Assembly: GCA_951406725.2 (NCBI GenBank)
Contig: OX597829.1
Coordinates: 18,538,001-18,602,000, forward strand
From: Octopus vulgaris
Lineage: Eukaryota
Length of the DNA stretch: 64,000 nucleotides
Reading direction: 5' to 3'
In this document: positions 26,148 through 40,204 of the stretch, in pieces
How the letters are laid out: each line of letters starts with the position of its first letter
Position numbering within the stretch: the first letter of the stretch is position 1
Program-made: the position numbers and the translations under genes
Notes under the pieces: generated by a model
Seen by the model: the letters and a program-made list of their open reading frames with translations, nothing else
What the model was told of the DNA's origin: nothing
Database searches by the model: none

Positions 26148-26680
26148 TTCATTTTTTATTGGCCACAAGGGCTCACATAAGAATTACATTAAAAGACATG
26201 CAACAACATAAAAGACAAAACAGGACAATACAATGGGTTTGACAACATGTAAACAATATAATCAATTAAAAATTAAATAATTTAAAACTCCCTATAGGGG
26301 AGGCGCTTTAAGGACCTTGTGAAAAAACCCACAAAAGGTGCACACTCAGAATTGGTCCTTTCACACTGGCCATTCTTCCAACATTCACCCATCTTTCAAC
26401 AAACTTACTACAAGGCAACACTTCCCTCTCCACCCTCAACTTCCTCTTCAAGTGAAACTTGAAAAAGTTGATGAGGGCTTGGCCAAGGAGGAAAGTGTCT
26501 GTCTTTAGGGTCCACCACATTACTCAAATGGATCCACCATACTACCTCTTTCGCTACAGCCACTAGACAAATAAAAATTGCCTTGCCCCTCCCAGCCAAA
26601 AGAGGATGGCAGCGCAATCTTCGCAATGGATTCAGCTGAAAGCTAGATCTGTCCCACACGCAACAGCAGGTGTTCGACAT
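26148..26680 (-). mobile_element. L1/Tx1-like LINE 3' end
   Basis: Frameshifted ORF2-like C-terminus (FICLVAVAKEVVWW…INFFKFHLKRKLRVEREVL…KFVERWV), T-rich 3'UTR, AATAAA, inserted in an (AAT)n tract; related tail at ~13225-13310. Confidence 0.6.
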
Positions 26681-26950
26681 AAACCCAATAATAATGATGA
26701 CGATGATGATGATGATGACGATATGGTGGTGGTTTCAAATTCTGGCTAGCAGTTTAAAAAAAATTTTTTTTTTTTGACAGAAGAAAATAATAGCCATTTA
26801 GATTGCTTTATTTTATTTTATCAACCCCACCCCAGCAGGATGAAAGGCAAAGTTGACCCCAGCAAAATTTGAACTCATAACGAGTCAAATAAAATGCCAC
26901 TGGACATTTTCACCACTGCTGTAACAAGCCTGCCAGCATGCCATTCAATA

Positions 26951-26981
<31 letters not shown>

Positions 26982-27959
26982 TCAAAAAGGTTCTTTCATA
27001 TTCTCTAGACTTATTTATTTCACACATTGTGTAATTACTGTCACTTAAATTCCAAATGCCTGCTTTAATAAGTTGTATTGACTTTTGCAATTAAGAGGGA
27101 TTATGAAAGAAGAAAAAAAAAAGCCTGCATTGTCAGTCCTTTTTCTTTTCTTTCATTTTGCAACCAAAGAATTCCACCTAAAATCATATTCAAATAACAA
27201 TTTCTTCGTACAGAAAATTGAAACATTACAGCAGTGTTGTCGACAATCTATAGCACCCGAAAGCACCTGAATGCTTAGATATTATTGATTTTTATTTTTG
27301 GCTGTGTGTGTATGTATGTGTGTGCGTGCATGTTTTATTGTTGTTGTCGTTGTCGTCTTAACACAGATAAAAGACCGCATATTTATATTTATAGCAAAAG
27401 GAGGGGGGGAATGTGGAAGCTGTGTCATTCTCGCATCTTCCCTTCCCTCACAACCCACAAGAATATATTAGCATCGTGAGGTAAAAATGGCTCAAACAAA
27501 CAAGGAATGAACTCATATACTTTGGCATGAGTTTACTCACAGCTTACTACTACTACTGCTGCTGCTGCTGCTGTTGCTGTTGCTGCTACTACTAGCCCCC
27601 TCCAAGATCATAATACAGCTCTTTTGCAAGAGAGTGAAAATGATGAGATGCATACACTGTTTTATTAAATTTATAATGAAGTAGTGCGTTAAACCAACTG
27701 ACTGCAACCATTCGGTTGACACGGCAAAGTTTCTGTGTCCGATCTCATAAAAAGAGTGATGAAATAAAGGTTTCAAATTTTGGCACAAGGCCAGCAGTTT
27801 TTAAGAGGTAGGTGGGGTGCTAGTTGATAACATTGACACCAGTACATCACTGGTATTCATTTTATCAGCCCTGAAAGGACGGAAAGGAAAATCGACCTCG
27901 GCAGAATTTGAGCTCAAAATGTAAAAACATGAAATGCCACTAAAATTTTTGTAGCCACC

Positions 27960-28042
<83 letters not shown>

Positions 28043-28051
28043 AAAAATAAA

Positions 28052-28092
<41 letters not shown>
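27960..28092. repeat. (AAT)n microsatellite
   Basis: Directly visible; generates poly-Ile/Tyr pseudo-ORFs. Confidence 0.95.
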
Positions 28093-28093
<1 letters not shown>

Positions 28094-31000
28094 CCTTTCT
28101 AAAAAAGGCACAAAGCCTGAGATTTGGGGGCAGGGGGATAGTTGAGTACATCGACCCCAGTGTTTCACTGGTTCTTTATTTATCGACCCTGAAAGGATGA
28201 AAGGTAAAGTTGACGGTGGAACTCAGAAATTAAAGAAAGATGAAATGAAATAAAACATCTTACCCACCATTTAACAATCTGAAAGCTCACCACCCTAATA
28301 ATAATAATAATAATCCTTTCTACTATAGGCGTAGGAGTGACTGTGTGGTAAGTGTCTTCTACTATAGCCTTGGGCCGACCAAAGCCTTGTGAGTGGATTT
28401 GGTAGATGGAAACTGAAAGAAGCCCGTCGTATATATGTATATATGTGTGTGTGTTCGTGTGTGTGTGTGTATATGTTTGTGTGTCTGTTTTTGTCCCCCC
28501 CCCCCAACATCGCTTGACAACCGATGCTGGTGTGTTTACGTCCCCGTCATTTAGTGGTTCAGCAAGAGAGACCGATAGAATAAGTACTAGGCTTACAAAG
28601 AATAAGTCCTGGAGTCGATTTGCTCGACTAAAGACGGTGCTCCAGCATGGCCACAGTCACATGACTGAAACAAGTAAAAGAGTAACCTGATTTGTGCTTA
28701 AACTGACCAGATCCAACTTCTCAGACCTACCCTACAATGTCATTCTAAAAATAAACAGTCATATCATCGAAACCCCACAGCTATGAGATAATGAATGATT
28801 AATTCAAAGCAATGTCAATAAACAAGCATTCTATTTTATGGAATAATCTGGATGCTAAGGGATTATACACATAAGTATATCTCTTTAGCATTTAATCCAG
28901 CCATATCCAGTCCAAATATTCTACCTGTTTGATATAAAAACCAGTCAGATCCAGCCTCTCACACCTACTCTGTGATGTTACCCTATAAACAAACAATCAC
29001 ATCATCAAAATCTCAAAGCTATGGGCTAATGCATGATTGACTCAAAACAGTGTGAAGAAATAAGCATTACATTTGACAGAATAATTTGAATTCTACAAGG
29101 GTAAACCAGCCAAATCCAGCCCAGATTGTCTACCTGTTTTATGTTCAGACTGGCCAGATCCAACCTCTCACACCTACTCTACAATGTCATTCTAAAACTA
29201 AACAATCACACCATTGAAATTTCAAAGATGTGAGATAATGCATGATTAATTCAAAACAATGTGAATACATACACATTACATTTGACAGAGCAGCCTGAAC
29301 GCTAAAGGGTTATGGTGTAGAAATCTTTACAAAAAAATATATATAGAAAAAAAAGCATATGAAATGGTTTGGTGCTCAGCACAATAGCCATGGCCATCAA
29401 AGTCCACCTTGCATTGAATGATAGAAGTGGAGCTGAGTAGAATGTCTCCACAAATCTTCTCTTTTGTCTTACACTCATGTCCTGAGATGTCTTGAGTTCT
29501 TCTGGTGTTCTGAAAAATTATTACTACTACTACTACTACCTCACTACAAAGCTCCCTACAAGACGGTAAAATAAAAACAATGTTTCTACAGGCTTGACTA
29601 TGTGGTGATAAATTTGCTTTTCAATCATATAGTTCCAGGTTCAATCCCACTGCTTGGCACCTTAGCCAAGTATCTTATACTGTAGCCCATGTCAATCAAA
29701 GCTTTATGAGTTGGTTTAAGTAACAGAAACCAAAAGAAGCCCATCACAGATATATGTATGCATTAGACTGTGTGTGTGATGTGTGTGAGAGAGAGAGAGA
29801 GAAAGAGAGAGAGTTACTGTTTCCGTGCCTTGATAACATGTGATAGTTGTAAACGAGTGTCACTGTCATACAAGCAGTGTCGTTCATTTCCAATCTTCTT
29901 AAAGAAACACATCTGGCCATGGGGGAAATATTACCTTGCTTGGAAACAGGTGAGGGTGACAGGAAGGTCATCCACAAATAAAAAAAAATCTACCTCAACA
30001 AATCCCATCCAGTCCAAGCAAGCATAGAAGAGAGGTCATTAAAAAGATGATGATGATAACGACAATGGTGATTATGATGATGACGATAACAGCGATGGTG
30101 ATTATGATGATGACGACAATGATAACGGCAATGGTGATGACAACAACAACGAGGAACCTAATTTGGGAAGATTGGAAAGAATTCATGCCTTTCCAACGCT
30201 TCTGTTATTAACAAAGTAACTAAAAGATGTCCAAATAGAATTTTAAAAAAAACCCCAGAAAGCTGGTTGTGAAGTCATGCTCAGACCACATTTGCTCCTT
30301 TACAAATTCACCACAACCTCCGAAAAGAGAAAATCAGTATAAAAGAGAACTTTAAGCTTTTAATACACAAAACTATTTAGAGAATTCTAGTTTTGTTTAC
30401 ATCATGGTTTGTTTATTCTTTAACTTAATCCATCCTCCAGAAAACACAAGAACGCTTTTTTTTTTTTTTTGAATACTATCAATCTTCACTGTACACCAAC
30501 TCCATGTCAATATCTGACTGTTTTGGTGACCACAAAAAAAAAACAAAAAAAAAAACAACGAAGAAGTTTGTTTGTAAAATATTTCAGTTCTATTTCACAA
30601 ATAGAAAGCAAAAAAAAAAAAAATAATAAATAAATAAATAAATACACAAAATAAAAATTTTTAAAAAAAAACAAAAAACAGGTAAGAAATTCTGAGCTGG
30701 CAATTTGTGGTCAACCAAAATCTTCAAACCTCCTTTTATATCAAATTGATCTATTTATTAAGAATCATAAACGATGAAGATAGCACTGAGTTGAATATAC
30801 TGGAAATGTTCAGTTTTTTTTGGGGGGGAGGTGTTAACCAGTGATTTCCAGTGATGCATGGTGGTTATTGTATTGGGTGCCACCAAATTTCAGTTAGGGA
30901 TATAACAAAAGTTTTCCATCAAGATTTGTGATTAAATAGGCGCAGGAGTGGCTGTGTGGTAAGTAGCTTGCTAACCAACCACATGGTTCCGGGTTCAGTC

Positions 31001-31814
31001 CCACTGCGTGACACCTTGGGCAAGTGTCTTCTGCTATAGCCCCAGGCCGACCAATGCCTTGTGAGTGGATTTGGTAGACGGAAACTGAAAGAAGCCTGTC
31101 GTATATATGTATATATATGTATGTGTGTGTTTGTGTGTCTGTGTTTGTCCCACTAGCATTGCTTGACAACTGATGCTGGTGTGTTTACGTCCTCGTAACT
31201 TAGCGGTTCGGCAAAAGAGACCAATAGAATAAGTACAGAGCTTACAAAGAGTGAGTCTCGGGGTCGATTTGCTCGACTAAAGGCGGTGCTCCAGCATGGC
31301 CGCAGTCAAATGACTGAAACAAGTAAAAGAGTAAAAGAGAGTAAATTAACGAGCAAGGTTGATATTTATAATGAATTTGCCATTTTAGGATGTGTGTGCA
31401 GCACATCCATCTAGCACACCTGGAATATACTCCCCTGGTGATTCCATTGGTTACCTTTCGATTATAACAAAGAGCTACTGAACCATATTATGAGCAAGTG
31501 AATTAGCAGAATGCTGTGGGGCATCAGACAAAATGCTTGCAGTATATATGAGTGGACCTATATGTTCTGAGTTCAAAATCGCCAAAGATCAACCTTGCCT
31601 TTATCATCATCATGATCATCATCTAATCTCTTTTACTCGTTTCAGTCATTTGACTGTGGCCATGTTGGAGCACCACCTTTAGTCGAGCAAATCGACCCCA
31701 GGACTTATTCTTTGTAAGCCTAGTACTTATTCTATCGATCTCTTTTGCCAAACCGCTAAGTTACAGGAACGTAAACACACAACCATCAGTAATTTAGTAG
31801 TTCGGCAAAAGAGA

Positions 31815-32010
31815 TAATTTGCCATTTTTAGTCGAAATGGATGTGTCCGATGTGTCTATCACCACTACATTGAACCAGGATGGCCAACCAGTTGCCCTTT
31901 TCTCATGTATGCTCAACTTTTCCGAGAAGCACTATTTGGCAATTGAAAAAGAAGCTTATGATATTGTTGAGGCGATAAAAAAATGGTGCCACTTCCTCGT
32001 GGATCGCAGT
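31815..32010 (+). mobile_element. Ty3/Gypsy LTR-retrotransposon RNase H fragment
   Basis: PFLVEMDVSDVSITTTLNQDGQPVALFSCMLNFSEKHYLAIEKEAYDIVEAIKKWCHFL fits the decayed pattern PF.VETDAS…PVAFFSRTL…E..Y…EKEA.AIV.AI.KWRHFL. Confidence 0.85.
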
Positions 32011-33873
32011 ATACTAGAAGAAAAATTAATACTCTTTAAAATGAGTAATTTATACATACATCTGGCACAAGCTAAAACACTTGACAAAGGAAAAGTTCAC
32101 TTGATGTCAAATAAATGAACATATAGGCACAGGAGTGGCTGTGTGGTAAGTAGCTTGCTTACCAACCACATGGTAACGGGTTCAGTCCTACTGTGTGGCA
32201 CCTTGGGCAAGTGTCTTCTACTATAGCCTCGGGCTGACCAAAGCCTTCTGAGTGGATTTGGTAGATGGAAACTGAAAGAAGCCCGTCCTACGTATGTATA
32301 TATATATATATACATATGTATTGTGTGTATATGTTTGTGTGTCTGTGTTTGTCCCCCCAACGTTGCTTGACAACCGATGCTGGTGTGTTTGCGTCCCCAT
32401 AACTTAGCGGTTTGGCAAAAGAGACCGATAGAATAAGTACTAGGCTTACAAAGAATACGTCCTGGGGTTGATTTGCTCAACTAAAGACAGTGCTCCGGCA
32501 TGGCCGCAGTCAAATGACTGAAAAGAGTAAAAGAGTATATTCACCTGCTATGAGAGTGATACAATGCTCCACCTAACAGTTTCAAATCCAGCAAAAACCA
32601 CTACAGGGACTGAACCCAGCGCTACATGGTTGGGAAACAAACTTCTTCACCACACATATCAGAAACTATAGAAAACATAGCAAATTCAATGTGATATTTG
32701 TTAAATCTTTGACATAATACTCTCCTTTTCCAGTTCTCCTTCAGTGTGTATGTTACCATGAAAATTGGTTTTAACATGAGTTTCGTCAAATGAAAATGAA
32801 CAATAAATGGTATAATCAAAATAAATAAGAACAAGTAACATGAAAGAGACAACCATTGTCTTTAGAAACACATGCACATACACAAAAAATACACATGGAG
32901 CAAAGCTTTTGCTATATATAACTGACAAAGGTAAAAAAAAATATTTGTCATTACAATGGAAACCAGACAAGAAAAAGACTACATTTTTGCCTTCTTATTT
33001 TTTATTTTTTTTGCACCTACATCAGAGAATGAATCTCATGGAAATCTTTTCACAGTCATCATCATCATCATTTAATGTCCATTTTCCATGCTGGCATGGG
33101 TTAGACAGTTTGACTGAAAACTGGTAAGCTGGAGAGCTGCACCAGTTTTCAATCTGATATTATCATGGTTTCTACAGCTGGATGCCCTTCCTAGTGCCAA
33201 CAACTCCTAGAGTGTAATGGGTGCTTTTTATGTGTCACCAGCACGGGTGCCAATCAGGCGGCACTGGCATCAACCATGACCTTGGTTTTACTTGGCTTGA
33301 CAGGTTTTCTCAAGCACAGCATATCAACAAAGATCTCGGTCACTTGTCATTACCTATATGAGATCCAATGTTCAAAGATCATGCTTCACCACCTCATCTC
33401 ATGTTTTCCTGGGTCTACCTCTTCCACAGGTTCCCTCCACCACCTTTTTACACAGCTGTTCTCATCCATACGCATCACATGACCATACTAGTGCAGTGGT
33501 CTCACTTGCACTTTGTGTGTGATACTTAAGATACTAAATAAATTTACATTTAATTATTAACATTTGATTCTTGATTAACATTGTAACTTTTAGCAAAAAT
33601 AATGCAAAAAAATAATTTTTTTTAACTCTCTAGCATTCAAATACTCTTTTAAATGTAATGCTTATTTATTTGCATTGTTCTGAATTAATCATGCATCATC
33701 TCAAAGCTTTTTATATTTCAATGATGTGATTGTTTTTAGAATGACATTGTAAGACAGGTGTGAGAGGCCAGATCTGGTCGGTGTAACCATAAAATGGAGA
33801 ATATTTTGATTGGATATGGCCAGTTTAAATGCTAAATAGGTGTTATGATTACAAATGAAATTATCATGCACAC

Positions 33874-33909
<36 letters not shown>

Positions 33910-34452
33910 CACCACTACTACCAACACTACTACCACGACCACTACTATATTTCATATATTATTGCATTGCTCAACACTCACACATGTGGAATGATAAAAA
34001 AATAATATAATCTTGTATATTGAAATTTCAAGAGTTTTTTTTTTTAAATCCACTAAGCTAAATAAAACTGTAGCCATCCATCCATACATACAAGTATGTC
34101 CTTTATAGCCATGCCACCCCCCATTCCCTCTTCCAGCTGTGTGGTCTTTGTCTTGCAGGTGCCAGTGTCACGTGAAAAACTGTACTCGTGCAGGTGCCGC
34201 GTAAATTGCACTCATGCCAGTGGAACATAAGAAGCACCCAGCACATACTGTAACATGGTTGGCATTAGGAAGGGCATCCAGCCATAGAAACCATGCCAGA
34301 ACAGACAACTGGAGCCTGGGGCAGCTCTCTGGTTTGCCAGCTCCTGTCACATCATTCAACCCATGCCAGCATGGAAAATAGACAATGATGATGGTGATGA
34401 TGATGATGACAATGAACAATCAACTAAGTTGGTGACACCCAGCAAAATTTCT

Positions 34453-34455
34453 TCA
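34453..34455 (-). CDS. LARS1: Candidate terminal LARS exon starting directly with the stop codon (…tttttgtaaatacag|TGA)
   Basis: A plausible cag acceptor just beyond the intronic MITE is followed in phase 0 by TGA; no UNE-L exon seen further left. No transcript support. Confidence 0.3.
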   Translation of the reverse strand, partial: 

Positions 34456-34470
34456 CTGTATTTACAAAAA

Positions 34471-34964
34471 CCGTAAATCCTCGAGTATAATCCACATTTT
34501 TTCCCCAAATTTAAAGGTCAAAATCCTTAGTGCGTACTATATACAAGGTTAAAAATGAAAAATACTTCTGTCTGGCAATGTTTATTCAGACGCATTTTGT
34601 GATGTTGGGTGTGAAAATACTTTAAGCTAAGCCTGAAAGCAGTGAAGTCATAAAAGAATCATCCATAACTTACAGTAAGCAACATTTATTAAAATTAAAG
34701 TATTCAGAACACAGAATAACATGTAAAAAAAACAATTTGCAAACATATTTACATTCCCATATAACAGTTAAGAACATCACCATTATTGTATTACACATGC
34801 GCGGAAGTGTTTGTTCGACTAGGTGCTGCTGGTTTAATTACGCATGACTCAAGTTAGAGAAGGGGTGTGTATTATACACAAGGTTTAGGTTTTTCAGAGA
34901 TACAGCCCCCTAAAACTCCCCTGCGTATTATACTCAAGGGCGGACTATACTCGAGGATTTACAA
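34471..34964. mobile_element. Tc1/mariner(pogo)-type MITE just downstream of the last LARS coding exon
   Basis: TIRs ccgtaaatcctcgagtataatcc / ggactatactcgaggatttac with internal gcgtattatac-type subterminal repeats; TA flanks decayed. Confidence 0.75.
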
Positions 34965-34986
34965 ATAAAAGAAGAAGTAGACTTAC

Positions 34987-35085
34987 CCTTGTATAGAGTG
35001 AGATGATTGGTTTACCAGGACAGCAGGTTTCGATTATCTTTTTATCATTTGAATCATGAGCAAAACGAATCTTTAGTTCTTTAAG
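34987..35085 (-). CDS. LARS1: LARS exon (LKELKIRFAHDSNDKKIIETCCPGKPIISLYTR), last recognisable coding exon
   Basis: Matches human [30 protein letters not shown]. Acceptor tttttaaccag, donor AGG|gtaagt; 99 nt, phase 0/0. Confidence 0.93.
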
Positions 35086-36112
35086 CTGGTTAAAAAGAAA
35101 GAAAGAAAAAACATAAATGTATTTACTTTGCATATAGGTGCAGGCCTTGGCTTTGTGGTAAGGAATTTGTGGGAGTTCAATATAAATATGCCTTTTTTCT
35201 ATGTGGACCCACCGAAGCCTTGTGAGTGAACTTGGTAGAGACAAACTGAAAGAAGCCTTTCGTGTGTGTGTTTGTCCCCCATCACTGCTTGACAATCAGT
35301 TTGAGTTGTTTACATCCCCCATAACTTAGTGGTATGACAAAATGAAATTGATAGAACAGGTACCAGGCTTAAATAAAAATAAGTGATAGGGTCAATTTGT
35401 TTGACTAAACTCCTTCAAGGTGGTGCCCCAGCATGGCCGCAGATTAATGACTGAAACAAGAGATAAAAGAAAAATCAGGAGTCGCTGTGTGGTAAGTAGC
35501 TTGCTTACCAACCACATGGTTCTGGGTTCAGCTCCACTGCGTGGCACCTTTGGCAAGTGTCTTCTACCATAGCCTCGGGCCTACCAAAGCCTTGTGAGTG
35601 GATTTGGTAGACGGAAACTGAAAGAAGCCCGTTGTATATATGTATGTATATGTATATTTGTGTGTCTGTGTTTGTCCCCTCTCCCCAACATCGCTTGCCA
35701 ACCGATGCTGGTGTGTTTACGTCTCCGTAACTTAGCGGTTCGGCAAAAGAGAGAGACCGATAGAATAAGCACTAGGCTTACAAAGAATAAGTCCTGGGGT
35801 CGATTTGCTCGACTAAAGAGTAAAGAGAGTATACTCAAAGAATGAAATGCTCCCCTTAAATATAGCAATGCTGAGCAATCACAGAAATTGAGAAAATGAC
35901 CATGTTGGTAGAAACTGCTATTTATTGGAACATAGGAGAATACAATGCTTTTATATACATTGTTTTGAGTCTTTTAAAATCCTGTCTGGTACATCATCAA
36001 ATCTTTCTTTTAATTTTACAGTTGGTTATAATTATGCTGTATAACCAAATCTAAAATTAAAAGAAATATTTGATGATGTACCAGTCTCCACATTCTTTAT
36101 AATTGTTTGAAG

Positions 36113-36155
<43 letters not shown>

Positions 36156-36199
36156 TTGTCTTTTAAAGGTAGCATATTTGGCACCAAAAAACAACTTAC

Positions 36200-36304
36200 T
36201 TGAAGTGTATTCAAAATGTAGGATGCATTTATTTCCAGAACCAGTTTCTCGTCAAATGGCAGTGTCAAATTTAGAGCTTTCAACCCATGTTGCTCAAAGT
36301 TTTT
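36200..36304 (-). CDS. LARS1: LARS exon (KNFEQHGLKALNLTLPFDEKLVLEINASYILNTLQ)
   Basis: Matches human [35 protein letters not shown]. Acceptor ttctcacag, donor gtaagt; 105 nt, phase 0/0. Confidence 0.94.
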
Positions 36305-37926
36305 CTGTGAGAAGAGAAAGTGAAAATAAAACAATGTATTTCATTTTTGGATTTGGTTTGCAAGATTCTTTATGTAAGTTCATGTGTTGAAGCACATTTT
36401 GTTGTGTCTTGGGAGAGTCATTCTCTTTTAGGGCCTTATAATTTAACACACTCACCAGTAAGATTTCCACTCATTTATTTATGTTTTATTTTTCTAAAAT
36501 TTTAGAAGTACCAGGCTAAGGTAGAGAGACAGGGTGTCTTCCAAGAGCACCTCCACCACCTTTAGAATAAGTGACCTGTGATGTACTAGAATCTGGGATC
36601 TGCTATTATTATTGCTGCCTCTGTTGCACCTGAACACTTGCTCTTTTAATCTTTTCCAGTTGTTCAGGGCAGAATAACCTCTAAATGTCCTAATGTAAAG
36701 CGGTAGGCATTAGGAAGGGCATCCCACCATAGAAACCATGCCAAAACAACCAGTGGAGCTAGGACAACTCTTCAGCTGTCCAGCTCCTGTTAAACCATGC
36801 CAATATGGAAAACAAACATTAAACTATGATAATGATGACCCTTATTTCCACATTAATATAAGAAGGCATTTTTTAAAAGATGCATATTTAACCTTTTCAG
36901 TACCAACCCAGCTGAAACCGGCTCTGGCTTTGTAGTACAAATATTTTGCTTTCATAAGTTTTGAATTAAGATCTTCCACCAAACCTCAATCACAATTTAT
37001 GTTCCTAATACTAGCTTGATGATAACTAAGTTATTTTACTAAATTCTTTGTTATATTTAAAATAACAGAAAGAAACACAGAGCATATCAAAATATATATG
37101 GTAATGAAATGGTTAAAAGGAAGGAAGTATATAATTGAAACAACTCCAGTAAATTCTTAGTAAATATTTTGTCAAACCCAGAGAGAGAGAGAGATAATAG
37201 CAAAGTTGAACATAAACAGAAAGTCAGCTCAGAACACAGAAGGACAAAACAAAACACTGTAAATCCTTTTGCTTGATGTTCCACCAATTTTAAATTCTAG
37301 ATTTTAAAATCTTTCTGTTTAATTCTTTGGCATTTAAACTGGCCATATCCAGCCTAAATATTCTACTTGTTTTATGCTAAAACTAGCCAGAATTTGTCTT
37401 CTCACACCTATCCTACAAATGTTATTCCAAAAATTAAACCTTCCTATTATTGAAACCACAAGGCTATGAGGTAATGCATGATTAATTCAAAACAATGTGA
37501 ATAAATAAGCATTACATTTGACAAAATAATTTGAATGCTAAAGAGTTAAACATACTCATCCCAGCTGGTACATTATTAATGTTCTTTTCTACTCTAGGCA
37601 AAAGGCCTGAAATTTTTTGGGAGGGTGGGGAAGTTGATTAGATCGACCCCAGTACGCAACTGGTACTTAATTTATCGACTCCCGAAAGGATGAAAAGCAA
37701 AGTCGACCTCGGCGGAATTTGAACTCAGAACATAAAGACAGACGAAATATTGCTAAGCATTTCACCCGGCATACTAATTGTTTCCACCAGCTCACCGCCT
37801 TGGTACATTATTAATGTTAACCTAATTAACCATTCTCCCAATGACCATTCCTAGAGAGGCAAAGTCAATCCCATCGGGGTTTCCAGTCAGAGGATAGAAA
37901 TCCAAAATTAAAATATTCCAAAAAAG

Positions 37927-37965
<39 letters not shown>

Positions 37966-38131
37966 GTTAAAAAGATTAGATAAACAAAAAAGAGTAAAAA
38001 AAAAAGTACAACAAACAAGCAAATTTTAAAAAATAGTAAAGAAAGTTTGAAAGGAAAAAATGACAGGAAAGACATTCCAAATAGAGGAAATAGCAAAATT
38101 TCAAAATTTGTATAGAATTAGAACCAAGTAC

Positions 38132-38242
38132 CTTAATAACTTGTACAAAAGGCATTACTTTCTTTGAAAATGGCTTCAATTCCTTGTTTCTACCCACTTC
38201 TTGAGCAATTATTTTATTTTCAGGAAACTGGTTATTATTGTC
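38132..38242 (-). CDS. LARS1: LARS exon (DNNNQFPENKIIAQEVGRNKELKPFSKKVMPFVQVIK)
   Basis: Matches human [36 protein letters not shown]. Acceptor tttacag, donor gtactt; 111 nt, phase 0/0. Confidence 0.94.
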
Positions 38243-39002
38243 CTGTAAACAGAGAACAAATTATCATATGGGAACCAATGTCAAAACTTTCAGTGGCACA
38301 AAGGAGTGGGGGTGATGGAATTAGTAAAACAAAACAAAAAATTATAAGATGTCAATGTAAAATTGTGAATTTGAAACCTTAGTAAATGTCTTCTTGAGTC
38401 AACCAATTTTTAAAATGACTACCATTTTTTTTTTTTGTCGTTTAAGGTTATTGATGCCAGGCCCACCTGACTGGCTCCTGTGCTGGAGGCACAAAAAAAA
38501 ACACCCACTACATTCTCGGAGTGGTTGGCATTAGGAAGGACATCCAGCTGTAGAAACATTACCAGATCAGATTGGAGCCTGGTGCAGCTGCTGGCTCTCC
38601 AGACCTCTGTCAAACCATCCAACCCATGCCAGCATGGAAAGCGGATGTTAAATGATGATGATGATGATGATGTTTCTACATTTGTTTTGCAGGATTCCTG
38701 ATGTGAAATCATTTGTTGAAACAAATATTGTTATATTTGGGGACAGTCATTTTGCCAATTAAACACCTGCACCATATACTTGATCTTCACTTCAGCTTTA
38801 TTCATTATCATCATCCTCACCATCATCATCATCATTTAACATCTGTTGTTCATGCTGGCATATTAGTGTCCTTTGTCTGACATCTCAACAACTCTCCAAC
38901 CTACGTAGACTTGACAGAACAGAAGGAAACACATGAGATGGAGTGTTGCTGAAGAGGTCACAGGATGTATGATGAAAGATTTCAAACAATGGATACTAAA
39001 AT

Positions 39003-39039
<37 letters not shown>

Positions 39040-40204
39040 GCTGAAGTGAAGACCAAATATATAGTGCATGTGGTTAATTGGCAAAAATATGACCATCTCT
39101 AAAGTATCATATTTACTTCACAAAAAGCCACTGGTAACAGAAAATTCATTCGATATAAAAAAAATTCATAAATTTTTTTTATTCTAAATTCACAGAGCCC
39201 TAACCTTTCTCTCTGTGAACACTACAAACTACCGCCAAGAAAGGAGTTTCTATATGACTGCTGAAACTGCTAGAAATAGCAGCTAAATCTACCTTAAATA
39301 ACACACTATTATCTTAGAAAAGAAACAGAAAAATATATTAAATAATGTTGTCCAAGATACCTTGAAGCTGAGACAGCCTCAACTATTTGTTTGATCCTGC
39401 CATTTTAGCAAATGTCTCTTTACAATCTGTCATCTGTACTGTGACCTATTTATGACAAAAGACCATTTCCTACATTCCTTAAATTAAACAATTGTGTTTT
39501 TGACAACATCTATGTTTTTTTTCCAAGTGACACTAATGTAATAAAATAGCTCAATTGCAAGTGAAAATTGAAACCAGGTTACAGGCTCAGTTCACAGACC
39601 ATTGGCTCCATTTTTAAAAGAGAAAAAAAAAATAAGGGAAAAAATATTTACATATTTGCCAACTGTTGGAATTAATACTTTTTATATTAAAAGACAATTT
39701 TTCTGCAAAATACTCAAGTTAAAAAGGTGTTAACAATCAAACTGATGTGTAGAGTTATGTGCCCTTGGCAAAAGAACCAAAAGCCTGACCGATTTTATCA
39801 CTAAAGCTTGAATACATGGATAAACAGGCCAGTTTTTATCTATTTATTTTTATACACTGATTCTGCAGGAAGAGGTAGTCCCTATAATCTTCACAGGCCT
39901 TCTGAGACCATTTTGGTCCATAAGTTACAAAGTGCATTTCAGAAGTTCTGGAACTTTCTTAGGAGAGGCAGTGATAACTGTCCTAGATTATTTTAATTTT
40001 AGTGTTTCATTACTATACATCAAATAAGCTGACCTGCCAACATGTTATTCCAAACTGAGGGAGACAGCTATAATAGCACTTTGAACACACCCTACTAAAT
40101 ACTGATTGTCACAAATGTCTATATTGTAGAATGCACCCAAGACAATTGGAAGCTTGATATGCAATAATGTTATGAGTTAATCTATCTCTATCTAGATCAT
40201 CCCT

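Noticed and set aside
29340-29510. Open minus-strand segment after a ttttcag acceptor as a further LARS exon
   Set aside because: No LeuRS similarity; one frame (RQKRRFVETFYSAPLLSFNARWTL) looks more like a decayed LINE RT tail.
32701-32790. Possible LARS terminal exon (DETHVKTNFHGNIHTEGELEKESIMSKI*)
   Set aside because: No suitable AG acceptor and no similarity to LeuRS.
34945-34986. Read-through VSLLLLLFVNPRV* resembling human VSVSLVNPQ at the start of UNE-L
   Set aside because: The VNPRV codons are the MITE terminal inverted repeat (mirrored at 34471), and a perfect GTAAGT donor precedes them; the match is coincidental.
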